Shown in pieces: positions 18,243 through 26,394 of a stretch of 64,000 nucleotides of DNA (the stretch's first letter is position 1; each line of letters starts with the position of its first letter). The position numbers and the translations under genes were made by a program. The stretch is from Candidatus Poseidoniaceae archaeon (lineage in GTDB: Archaea; Thermoplasmatota; Poseidoniia; Poseidoniales; Poseidoniaceae): contig CALSPS010000006.1 in the NCBI GenBank assembly GCA_943788295.1, forward strand, positions 26,192-90,191, written 5' to 3'. Under the pieces are notes generated by a model. The model was given only the letters and a program-made list of their open reading frames with translations, made no database searches and was not told the origin of the DNA.

Positions 18243-19246
18243 GTGACTGGTGTTTGGTCGGTCCGGAGGTATTGATCAACGGCGCTTTGTGCATAGGACG
18301 TTGTTCGCCCATGGTCGAGTTCGATTTTTCCAAGAAGCGCAATCATCGAGCCGTTGTCAATGCAGAACATCCGTGGTGGAGCATGAGAGGTTGCCTCTCG
18401 CTCTTCAGCCATGAGCGTGCACATTTCTCTTAACCGATTGTTGCACGCAACACCGCCACCCAACAGGACTTCTGACTTGCCGGTGTGTGCTAACGCTCGC
18501 TCGGCAATTTCCACACAGGCTGCAAACGAGTGCTCTTGCAGCGACCAACACACAGCGCCCAGTTCCGCACCATTGTCCAGGAGTCGTTGTGCAGCAGTCA
18601 TGACGCCGGAAAAGGCAAGGTCCATGCCACGTACGGCAAAAGGCAACTCAAGCCCTTCTAGACTTGCATTTGGGTTTTTATCAAGCCATTCCTTTGCGAG
18701 TTTTTCGATGACAGGGCCGCCGGGGAAAGGGATGCCTTGGCCGCGAGCAAACTTATCGAGCATGTTCCCAATACCGATGTCCAATGTCTCACCGAGGACT
18801 CTGTAGCGACCATCGAGGTGGGCAATGACTTGCGTGTTTCCACCTGATACATAGAGAAGAATAGGATCGTTGCACCCACACTGCTGGCGTCCTATCTCAA
18901 TGTGAGCCACACAGTGATTGACTCCAATGAGGGGCGCTTCTAATTTACTCGCCATACCGCGGGCAATCGCAGCTCCAACCCTCAAACACGGTCCCAAACC
19001 GGGTCCTTGTGAATAGGCTACGGCACCGATGTCGTCTGCCGTGATTCCATTCGTTTCGAACAGGCGTTCGAGCAAGCCAAATGCAGCATCTTTGTGATGG
19101 TCTGCTGCCTCACGAGGGTGAATTCCGCCTTCGTCAGGTCGGACGGTCGATGAACTGGCTGGCGTGGGGACTCCATTTTGATCCACCAAACCAAAAGAAA
19201 GGGTGTGAGCGGTCGATTCGATACCCAAGGTCCACTGGCCCGGCAT
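18230..19246 (-). CDS. kae1: tRNA N6-adenosine threonylcarbamoyltransferase Kae1 (KEOPS catalytic subunit)
   Basis: 338 aa; GIESTAHTLSFGLV, HCVAHIE, YVSGGNTQVI, GGGVACNNRLR are Kae1/TsaD hallmarks. No fused Bud32 domain. Confidence 0.9.
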   Translation of the reverse strand: MPGQWTLGIESTAHTLSFGLVDQNGVPTPASSSTVRPDEGGIHPREAADHHKDAAFGLLERLFETNGITADDIGAVAYSQGPGLGPCLRVGAAIARGMASKLEAPLIGVNHCVAHIEIGRQQCGCNDPILLYVSGGNTQVIAHLDGRYRVLGETLDIGIGNMLDKFARGQGIPFPGGPVIEKLAKEWLDKNPNASLEGLELPFAVRGMDLAFSGVMTAAQRLLDNGAELGAVCWSLQEHSFAACVEIAERALAHTGKSEVLLGGGVACNNRLREMCTLMAEEREATSHAPPRMFCIDNGSMIALLGKIELDHGRTTSYAQSAVDQYLRTDQTPVTWPV

Positions 19247-19297
19247 GGTAAGGGGTTAGAGCCATTGTTCTTCAACCCTCAGCCTCAGCAGGCAACC

Positions 19298-20563
19298 ATG
19301 CGGACCGTTCTATTGGACATCGGGCCCATGGCGCACCTTGGAGGGAAGGGTCCTCTTTCTGGACTTTCGGCCACCGATTATGATTTACTTACATACGCTG
19401 CTGGAAAGGGGATTGTTGTAACTGATGATGTAATAGAGAAAATCGGGGAATCATCCGAACTGCGCTCTGAGTATGGTTCGCCAAAGGATTCAACCCAAGA
19501 TACCGCTATTCATTCCATGGAAGGATGCGCAGTCGTGCCCGGGTTGGTGGATGGGCATAACCATTTGATTTGGGCTGGTGATCGTTCCAACGAGATCACG
19601 ATGAAGCAGCAAGGTATGACATATCAACAAATAGCATCCACGGGTGGCGGTATTCAACACACCGTCAGAGAAACTTCGCAGGCCACATACGAGGAATTGA
19701 TCAAACTTGGTTACCAACGCATGCGCCATGCTCTTGTTCATGGCACGACACACCTAGAAAGCAAGAGTGGATATGGATTGTCGACGGAGTCTGAACTGAA
19801 ACTTCTGAATGTTGCACACGATCTAAGCCAAATGAATCACCTCCCAACGATGGAGTTGACATGGCTTGGCGCTCATGACACACCTAAAGGTGTCAAACGT
19901 TCGGACTATGTTGAGGAAATCCTTAGCGATCAACTTCCTAAAGTTCTTGACCAAGGCTATGCCAATGCCGCTGATGTCTTTTGCGAACCTGGTTGGTTCA
20001 CTGTAGAAGAAAGCGAATCCATCCTATTGGCCGCCGGAAAGGGCGGACTTCGCAAACGAATCCACATTGATGAATTCGAGGATGGTGGTGGTGGGGAATT
20101 AGCAGCTTCAATGGGGGTCATCACGGCAGATCATGCCCATTATACCGCACATGAAACGCGGTCGAGGATGGAATCTGCCGGTGTCAATACGGGGTTTTTG
20201 CCTGGGACTCCCTACACTATGGGTGCCGATTGGCCTTCGTTTTCAGATGCGACAGAGCAAGGGATTAGGTGGACGGTTGCAACCGACTTCAATCCAAACT
20301 GCAACATTCTCAGCATGCCACTCATTGGTTCGATGCTTGTTCATCGCAACCAAGTGGATCCACTGCTCGCATTGGTGGCCTCGACCAGAAATGCAGCAGA
20401 AACAACACCACATCCAACTGGAAGGCCACACGGGCGAATCGAGGTTGGCGCAGTAGCCAACCTCAACATCCTCGATGGAACTCAGTGGCAATCATGGTGC
20501 AACCGTCCAGGCACCACGCCATTCAAATCCACAATGCTGAATGGAACCTTAGTCCATCACTGA
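19298..20563 (+). CDS. hutI: Imidazolonepropionase (HutI)
   Basis: ORF 19178..20563; ATG 19298 (MRTVLLDIG) was verified. HutI metal ligands and motifs are present (VPGLVDGHNHLIWAG, HLESKSGYGL, GAHDTP, HIDEF, ADHAHY, VATDFNP). Confidence 0.8.
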   Translation: MRTVLLDIGPMAHLGGKGPLSGLSATDYDLLTYAAGKGIVVTDDVIEKIGESSELRSEYGSPKDSTQDTAIHSMEGCAVVPGLVDGHNHLIWAGDRSNEITMKQQGMTYQQIASTGGGIQHTVRETSQATYEELIKLGYQRMRHALVHGTTHLESKSGYGLSTESELKLLNVAHDLSQMNHLPTMELTWLGAHDTPKGVKRSDYVEEILSDQLPKVLDQGYANAADVFCEPGWFTVEESESILLAAGKGGLRKRIHIDEFEDGGGGELAASMGVITADHAHYTAHETRSRMESAGVNTGFLPGTPYTMGADWPSFSDATEQGIRWTVATDFNPNCNILSMPLIGSMLVHRNQVDPLLALVASTRNAAETTPHPTGRPHGRIEVGAVANLNILDGTQWQSWCNRPGTTPFKSTMLNGTLVHH

Positions 20564-20608
20564 AATACATCTAATATCCATCTCAAATCTAATTGTTGCA
20601 TTTGGTGC

Positions 20609-20956
20609 GTGAAATATATGAAATCAGAAATCAACACTGTCCTTGTGGAAACTGTGGTTTGTGCCGGTGCCGAAGGGAAGCAAGCGAGATTTTTACGAAT
20701 GCTCGAAACGCGCCAGGCATACAAACGACGTCAGAAGGGATGCCTTGCCGCTTGGGTTGGACCATCCACCGATGGAGCTGGATTGGTGTTGGTCCAAACT
20801 GTGTTTTCAGATCGTGACAGTTGGAAATCCATTTCTGAATCCGTCATCAACACACTCGATGCAAAAGACGGTGGACTAGAATCTGTATTGGCGGGTCCTC
20901 CTCTTGTTGGAATGTTTGAAATTGATCCTTCCAAACTTATTTTTGAGGATGCGTGA
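20609..20956 (+). CDS. Antibiotic-biosynthesis-monooxygenase (ABM/Dabb)-like small protein
   Basis: 115 aa. The pattern GCLAAWVG...GLVLVQTVFSDRDSWKSISES resembles the ABM ferredoxin-like domain. Weak. Confidence 0.4.
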   Translation: MKYMKSEINTVLVETVVCAGAEGKQARFLRMLETRQAYKRRQKGCLAAWVGPSTDGAGLVLVQTVFSDRDSWKSISESVINTLDAKDGGLESVLAGPPLVGMFEIDPSKLIFEDA

Positions 20957-21229
20957 AGATATCACTCATATTCCATGCCACGATGTGTCGCATAATGTAT
21001 GTTATACGACAACGGGCCAAAAAGGGAATTGATCCATTCATTTGTACGTTACAAATATGCCTCGCAGTACCCCTTTTAGAGTGAAATACAATTTGTCCTT
21101 TGGCCAATAACATGAAATTTCACCCACCAAGGAGGGGGTCAGAGGGTGGATTTGGCAGATTTTTGCAAAAGTACTTGCTTTGGATGAAATTATGACGAAG
21201 CAACTAAGAAATGAATATCTCAGGAGGAA

Positions 21230-21391
21230 ATGAGTTCGATGTCTGCTGTGGAAGGATTCTGTTTGAAGTGCAAGACCTATGGGCCGATTAAGGACGGTCA
21301 ACTGATCAAAATGAAAAACGGCCGCACGCGTATGGCTGGCTTCTGTTCACAAACTGGCTGCACGGGAAAAATTTCCAAAATCGTAAGCTAA
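21230..21391 (+). CDS. Small zinc-ribbon protein (53 aa; missed by the ORF track)
   Basis: Hand translation gives MSSMSAVEGFCLKCKTYGPIKDGQLIKMKNGRTRMAGFCSQTGCTGKISKIVS. It has CxxC...CxxxC cysteine pairs. A GGAGG Shine-Dalgarno-like motif lies 6-10 nt upstream. The pattern recalls the small archaeal DUF5679-type zinc ribbon. Confidence 0.55.
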   Translation: MSSMSAVEGFCLKCKTYGPIKDGQLIKMKNGRTRMAGFCSQTGCTGKISKIVS

Positions 21392-21415
21392 CTTCACTGA
21401 TTCGAACCGATGCGG

Positions 21416-21423
21416 TTTAATAC
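21416..21423 (+). promoter_or_regulatory. Putative TATA box (TTTAATAC) about 30 nt upstream of the tRNA-Val 5' end
   Basis: AT-rich octamer at the canonical archaeal distance from the mature tRNA 5' end. Confidence 0.3.
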
Positions 21424-21449
21424 ACCGGTTCGGTGGCCAAATTACCTAG

Positions 21450-21525
21450 GGGCTCGTGGTCTAGGGGTTATGACGTCGCCTTGACATGGCGAAGATCGAG
21501 AGTTCAATTCTCTCCGAGCCCACCA
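21450..21525 (+). tRNA. tRNA-Val (anticodon GAC), with the 3' CCA encoded in the genome
   Basis: Manual cloverleaf: 7-bp acceptor GGGCUCG/CGAGCCC; D-arm; anticodon stem UCGCC/GGCGA with loop UUGACAU; T-arm GAGAG/CUCUC with loop UUCAAUU; discriminator A followed by CCA. No intron. Confidence 0.85.
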
Positions 21526-21608
21526 TTGCTCTATTCTTACAAGCAATGAATAATGGATATATGTTTTTAAATGGTAATTAAAATTCAACCGATTCAAAAA
21601 CCGTCTAA

Positions 21609-21980
21609 TTAATCTTCAACCTGAGTCAAATCCTCAGGGTCGGGTAAAACGAGATCGTCAGGGTCAACGCGAGAGAGGGGACGTTCTTCGATCTCTTCCA
21701 TTGTGAAATCAGATGAACCACCATCCCAATTCACTAAATCCTCAGTTTCTTCGAATATCTCATCAGGTAGAGCCTGCTCGGCTGAAAGCGAGTAGGCTGT
21801 AGGGTCAATTGGTTCTCGTTGAACTGGTTCAGGATTGGCTGGAGCGTTGCGTTCTTCCATGTGGATTCCAGAATGGAATGTGCCACACTCCGAACATCGG
21901 ACCGTACCTTTCCTCTCGAAACAGCCGCAGTTAGGGCATGATGCCAAGGCCGCGTACACGTCCAATGGATCCTTGCCCAT
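21609..21980 (-). CDS. Zinc-ribbon protein with an acidic C-terminal tail
   Basis: 123 aa; N-terminal CPNCGC...CSECG zinc ribbon, then a Pro/Glu/Asp-rich tail (EIFEETEDLVNWDGGSSDFTMEEIEERP). Confidence 0.5.
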   Translation of the reverse strand: MGKDPLDVYAALASCPNCGCFERKGTVRCSECGTFHSGIHMEERNAPANPEPVQREPIDPTAYSLSAEQALPDEIFEETEDLVNWDGGSSDFTMEEIEERPLSRVDPDDLVLPDPEDLTQVED

Positions 21981-21984
21981 TCAA

Positions 21985-23886
21985 TCACTCCACGAACATG
22001 TCTTCCTGGTAGCCCGTGATGATGTCGCCGGTTTCGTCTTCTTCGATGGTCACCGTTTCATCTTCGTCATCAAACTCGATAATGGTGCCAAAGACTTCCT
22101 CATCCTCAAGCGTTAGGCCAATGTGAGAGCCTATGTCGATCTCTCCTTCCCCTTCAGCGTCCTCGTCTTCCACGGATTCTTCGTCGGACTCATCATCCAA
22201 TTCTTCTTCCTCGAAATCCTCTTCGAGGGCTTCTTCCATCTCATCTTCGATGTTATCTTCTTCTTCCGATTCTGATTCAGTCGAAGCATCTGCTTGGTCG
22301 TCTTGGACTTCCTTCATTGCCTTCGCACGTCCACGCCAAGTCGGCATGAGGACCAGATGCATGTAGAGGGAACCAACAAGCCCCGCTGCTCCAAGAATCA
22401 TGAACAGTATTCCGTCCCAATAGAAGCCTGCAGGCATCGAACTGGATTTGCCACCCAGAGGCGTTAATGAGTTCTTACAATCCCCTTCCTGAATCGCAGG
22501 GTCACAGGGATATGAATCGCCTTCAGCAAGACCTGCTGGTGGGAGTAAGTTGCCCTTGGTCTCCAATTCAATTGGACCACCAGTTCCATCAACAATCACG
22601 CCGAATCCATTGACAACCCATAGGGCGATGAACAGTCCAAACGCTAGATGAATCAATGGCCATACATATTCGTTCCATTGCTTACCCATCATGCGCTTTT
22701 GCATCTCTGTTGGGAATGGCTTTGATGGTTTGCTGATGACGGCCCGATCATCTGTGGCTTCATCGGCATCAGCCAAATTTTCTAGGGCGGTGATAAATTC
22801 AATCATGTCCACGGTTCGATCGTTGTCCTCATCGACTTCGCTCAAGAATTCTTCGATTTGCTCGTGCCCGATTTCCTCATCAAACAACTTGTTCAATTCG
22901 TTCATTAATTCAACAACATCCACTCTGCCATTGGCATCTCGGTCAATGCTCCTGAAGAATTGAGCCGGGGAAGTTTCCATTTCATCCATGGCGTCAGCAA
23001 TCTTGCGAATGAGAGAGATCTCTTCGGAGCTTTCGACTTCCTCGGAGTGTGTTTCTTCAGTTTCTTCTTCGTCCATCGATTCTTCGATGCCATCATCTTC
23101 GACTTCCGACGTGTCCTCTTCAGCAACTTCTTCTTCACTCGATTCAGGATCGTCAGATTCAACATCTTCTTCAGAATCTTCGGTTGCCTCTTCTTCAAGT
23201 TCTGAATCTGATTCAACATCTTCTTCAGAATCTTCGGTTGCCTCTTCTTCAAGGTCTGAATCTGATTCAACATTTTCGTCAGTTGCTTCCTCTTCTTCCA
23301 CGGTTTCGGTTTCCACTTCATCTTCAGATTCAGTTTCTTGTTCTTCTTCGGTTCCCGCCACATTCACTTCTTCAGGTTCCTCCATAGCGGTGGTTGAGGT
23401 ATCGTTCAGTTCGTCTTCTGGCAAATCATCTCCAGTGATGGTTTTGTGCAACTCAGCAAGATCGATCCTTCCATCTCCGTCAGCATCTATTGTTTCGATA
23501 AGACGCTCAACTTGTGAAGGCGGCAAGTCTGCCAGATTGAGACTTAACAATCCAGACTTCAACTCACTTGAGTCGATTTGGCCATCGCCGTCCTTGTCGA
23601 ATTTGTTGAAGAGGATCGGAATCGTGATGCCTGTTGTTGCTAACCAATTTCGCAGTACGTCGACCACATCATCGGCAATGAAAACTGTACCGCAGTGGGT
23701 GCATTTGGTCGAATCTAACGGCACGAGGCCACCGCAAGCACCACACTCGCCGAGGGCTTCATCAGAGACTCCGGAAAAGGAAATATTGCATTCTGGACAC
23801 TTGGTTGAATCAAGGGGAATTACTGCTCTGCAAGCACCACATTCTCCTGTGGCAACTTCTTCAGTCTTGTCTTCGGACATAGGCAC
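21985..23886 (-). CDS. Double-zinc-ribbon, four-EF-hand, highly acidic membrane protein
   Basis: 633 aa. Two tandem CxxC...CxxC ribbons at the N-terminus. Four EF-hand loops (DKDGDGQIDSSE, DADGDGRIDLAE, DRDANGRVDVVE, DEDNDRTVDMIE). An acidic tandem-repeat block. Two hydrophobic helices (WPLIHLAFGLFIALWVV and ILFMILGAAGLVGSLYMHLVL). A poly-acidic C-terminal tail. Confidence 0.6.
   Translation of the reverse strand: MPMSEDKTEEVATGECGACRAVIPLDSTKCPECNISFSGVSDEALGECGACGGLVPLDSTKCTHCGTVFIADDVVDVLRNWLATTGITIPILFNKFDKDGDGQIDSSELKSGLLSLNLADLPPSQVERLIETIDADGDGRIDLAELHKTITGDDLPEDELNDTSTTAMEEPEEVNVAGTEEEQETESEDEVETETVEEEEATDENVESDSDLEEEATEDSEEDVESDSELEEEATEDSEEDVESDDPESSEEEVAEEDTSEVEDDGIEESMDEEETEETHSEEVESSEEISLIRKIADAMDEMETSPAQFFRSIDRDANGRVDVVELMNELNKLFDEEIGHEQIEEFLSEVDEDNDRTVDMIEFITALENLADADEATDDRAVISKPSKPFPTEMQKRMMGKQWNEYVWPLIHLAFGLFIALWVVNGFGVIVDGTGGPIELETKGNLLPPAGLAEGDSYPCDPAIQEGDCKNSLTPLGGKSSSMPAGFYWDGILFMILGAAGLVGSLYMHLVLMPTWRGRAKAMKEVQDDQADASTESESEEEDNIEDEMEEALEEDFEEEELDDESDEESVEDEDAEGEGEIDIGSHIGLTLEDEEVFGTIIEFDDEDETVTIEEDETGDIITGYQEDMFVE
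23161..23274. repeat. Perfect-to-near-perfect 57-nt direct tandem duplication (2 copies) inside the acidic region of the EF-hand protein gene
   Basis: aacatcttcttcagaatcttcggttgcctcttcttcaag(t/g)tctgaatctgattc occurs twice back to back. It encodes the repeated peptide ESDSxLEEEATEDSEEDV. Confidence 0.6.
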
Positions 23887-24021
23887 ACCTATTCTACCGA
23901 CAACAACAACGGATATAATGATTCATAGTCTTTCAACGGTTACCCATACCAATGGAGGGTTCAAACATGAGTGGCGTGACGAGTAAAAACCTCCTACGCG
24001 GACAGTTGTACAGTTGCAATT

Positions 24022-24843
24022 TTGCCGATGGAAGGGCCATGTTTGAATGGATCGATACCACATCCCAATCGAAGGATGATCATCTCGTTTTTGTCTCGAG
24101 ACTGCCCCATAGAAGGCTTGCTGGATCGCATTGATGTCTCAAAGGTCGAAACATATTGGATGACTCACCGAGTTGGACAGGCCCATATTGCTCCTGATTT
24201 GGAACAGTTACACGAATTAATCCTCTCCCGTATATCGAACCATCATGGTTGTATTATTCTCGAAGGGCTAGAGTGGTTGGTGACGTTGCATGGCGAAACG
24301 GTGATGTTAAATTTCGTTCGCAGTTTGAGGGATGATTTACATCGAACACAGTGGTCTATACTCATACCAATCAAGCCTCTGGCCTTTAATTCAATTTGGC
24401 TTGCAAGGTTCCACCGTGAAGCGCCGGAAATTGAATTGGAAACAGAAGAGCATAACGAAGTAGAAATCCATGTTGCGGACGAAATTGGGGAGGAACAAAC
24501 GATGGATACGACATCAACAGAGGAGGGATTACCAGTTCTTGTGATGCTGAATCGTCTCCCCGAAGTAGGGTTTACTAAGTCCATTTTACGGAAACGAATT
24601 TTACAGTGGCGGAGGATGGGGCTTGATGTATCGGAAGTTGAACCCGCTCTCCATTTTGATTCCGCTGAATCATACGCGTTGTATGCCTCCGTCGAAGAAA
24701 AAGTTCGACGGGCCGTGGAACTCGAACACTTGGTAGATGCAACTCATGAACACCTTACTGCAAGTGAACAAACCACATGTAAATTTAGAATTCGCCAACT
24801 CACTGGACTCGATGAAATCCAAGCGATGTTGATGTCCCGCTGA
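24022..24843 (+). CDS. DUF835-like domain protein. The N-terminal part may continue in another frame from 23952.
   Basis: 273-aa ORF with the DUF835-type core (GCIILEGLEWLVTLHGETVMLNFVRSLRDDLHRTQWSILIPIKPLAF). ORF 23952..24134 in a different frame looks like the family N-terminus. The DUF835 assignment is from memory. Confidence 0.45.
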   Translation: MPMEGPCLNGSIPHPNRRMIISFLSRDCPIEGLLDRIDVSKVETYWMTHRVGQAHIAPDLEQLHELILSRISNHHGCIILEGLEWLVTLHGETVMLNFVRSLRDDLHRTQWSILIPIKPLAFNSIWLARFHREAPEIELETEEHNEVEIHVADEIGEEQTMDTTSTEEGLPVLVMLNRLPEVGFTKSILRKRILQWRRMGLDVSEVEPALHFDSAESYALYASVEEKVRRAVELEHLVDATHEHLTASEQTTCKFRIRQLTGLDEIQAMLMSR

Positions 24844-26394
24844 TCATCGTGGGATACGGCCGTTCTCCGCTTCGATCCGTGCTAACCAGGCCCCATCTGA
24901 CAATGCGGTAGCGATGTTGATGAGTTCTTGACTTGTGCTGCGGTCACCGCTGAGTGGCTTTGCTAGTGTGCGAACGCGTTGCTTCAAGCTTGCAACATAA
25001 GTGGACGGTTCAAGTGATTCAAACTCCAATGCCTCGCACGCAACCAACAGTTCGCACGCTAAAACTTCCGACAAACGTTGCGTGGCTTGAAGCAGATTCC
25101 ATGCAGCGGTGGCGCCCATGCTCACATGGTCCTCTTGTCCAGCAGAAGTGCTGGTGGAAAAGGCAGCTCGTGGACTTGCGTGACCATGGAGTTCTGCCAA
25201 AGATGCTCCGGCAACATACTGAACAATCATCAAACCGGATTCCAAGCCAGAGTTTCTGGCCAGGAAAGCTGGCAATTCACTTCGTGCTGGATCCAGCATT
25301 TGGTCAATCCTACGTTCAGAAATAGATCCGAGCTCAAACAAGGCTGCAGACATAGAATCTGCTGTTAAGGCAATCACCTCTCCATGGAAATTCCCCTGGG
25401 AAATGACTTCATGTGGGCCTGGGTTCTTCGGGTCTGGAAAAATAAGTGGGTTATCTGTTGCACTGTTCAATTCGATCGTGAGCGTTTCAAGCATGGCAGT
25501 GTATTTTTGTAAAACTGCACCATGAACCTGGGGGGCGCATCGGAATGAATACGCATCTTGTACTCGTTCACAATCTGCGTGTGAGTCAAGAATCTCGGAT
25601 TTGACCATCAAGCTTCGAATCCTTTTGGCAACGAGACTCTGACCCGGATGGGGTCGCGCATCATGTACACGCGGATCTGAAGGTTGGATGCTTGCCTTTC
25701 TGGCTTCCATTGAGGTGCAAAGGATCAAATCGGCCAGTGGTAGAAGCGATGACAATCTTCGTTCGGCAAGGGTCATGAAGGCCAACATTTGACTGGTGCC
25801 GTTGATCAAAGATAATCCGTCCTTTGCACCCAATTTTATCCCGATAAGACCGTGTTCCCTAAGCACGGCTTCTGTTGGCGCAGGTGCTCCATTTTGGTCC
25901 AAAACATAGCCTTCTCCGAGCAATGCTAAGGCCATGTGAGAGAGTGGTGCTAAGTCCCCACTTGCACCAAGGCTTCCAATTCTCGGCACGTAAGGAATGA
26001 TATCTTTATTGAGAAATTCCAGAAGTTGATCTAAGACATTTGGGTGGACGCCTGAGTGGCCTTTAACGAGCGAATTAATTCGGACAGCCATCATTGCACG
26101 GACAGCGTTTTTGGGCATTGCCTCTCCAAGTCCAGTAGCGTGTGAACGGACCAAATTGGTTTGCAACTGAGCCAAATCATCGGGAGAAATTCGTTCATGG
26201 ACCAAGGCGCCGAACCCAGTATTAATTCCATACACCGTTTCACCGCGGGAAAGAATTCCATCCACAACAGAACGAGCAGCGTGGACCTTTTGCCAAGCAT
26301 CTTCTGAAATAGCTACATCTGCATGATTCGAAGCGATGCGTTCAACTTCAGCCGGAGTTAATGTGGTGCCATCAAAATGGATTGTGTTTCTCAT
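24844..26394 (-). CDS. hutH: Histidine ammonia-lyase (HutH)
   Basis: 516 aa with the MIO-forming ASG triad context (GSLGASGDLAPLSH) and the HAL family N-terminus. Confidence 0.9.
   Translation of the reverse strand: MRNTIHFDGTTLTPAEVERIASNHADVAISEDAWQKVHAARSVVDGILSRGETVYGINTGFGALVHERISPDDLAQLQTNLVRSHATGLGEAMPKNAVRAMMAVRINSLVKGHSGVHPNVLDQLLEFLNKDIIPYVPRIGSLGASGDLAPLSHMALALLGEGYVLDQNGAPAPTEAVLREHGLIGIKLGAKDGLSLINGTSQMLAFMTLAERRLSSLLPLADLILCTSMEARKASIQPSDPRVHDARPHPGQSLVAKRIRSLMVKSEILDSHADCERVQDAYSFRCAPQVHGAVLQKYTAMLETLTIELNSATDNPLIFPDPKNPGPHEVISQGNFHGEVIALTADSMSAALFELGSISERRIDQMLDPARSELPAFLARNSGLESGLMIVQYVAGASLAELHGHASPRAAFSTSTSAGQEDHVSMGATAAWNLLQATQRLSEVLACELLVACEALEFESLEPSTYVASLKQRVRTLAKPLSGDRSTSQELINIATALSDGAWLARIEAENGRIPR

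Noticed and set aside
17495-18342. Alternative-frame ORFs 17495..17944 and 17848..18342 inside or overlapping the K-rich gene and kae1
   Set aside because: Same-strand alternative frames of a compositionally biased region. They overlap the well-supported kae1 3' end. The 17262..18242 frame was kept because it couples to kae1 and has a globular C-terminus.
19178-19297. Upstream 40-codon extension of the hutI ORF overlapping kae1
   Set aside because: The conserved HutI N-terminus begins at the ATG at 19298. The extension would overlap the divergent kae1 coding region and has no family counterpart.
21392-21608. Possible integrated mobile element or prophage at the tRNA-Val gene
   Set aside because: No integrase, transposase, direct repeat of the tRNA 3' end or phage-like gene is present on either side. 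The neighbouring genes are chromosomal-type.
23161-23274. Tandem 57-nt repeat considered as a CRISPR or minisatellite
   Set aside because: Only two copies, no spacers, and in-frame inside a CDS. It is reported as an intragenic duplication instead.
22988-23986. 332-aa Ser-rich plus-strand ORF (and 22133..22366, 22691..22963, 23049..23387)
   Set aside because: These are antisense frames of the GAA/GAT-rich acidic-protein gene; TTC/ATC-rich complements translate to Ser/Phe/Leu runs. They are low-complexity with no start context, and the sense gene has strong domain evidence.
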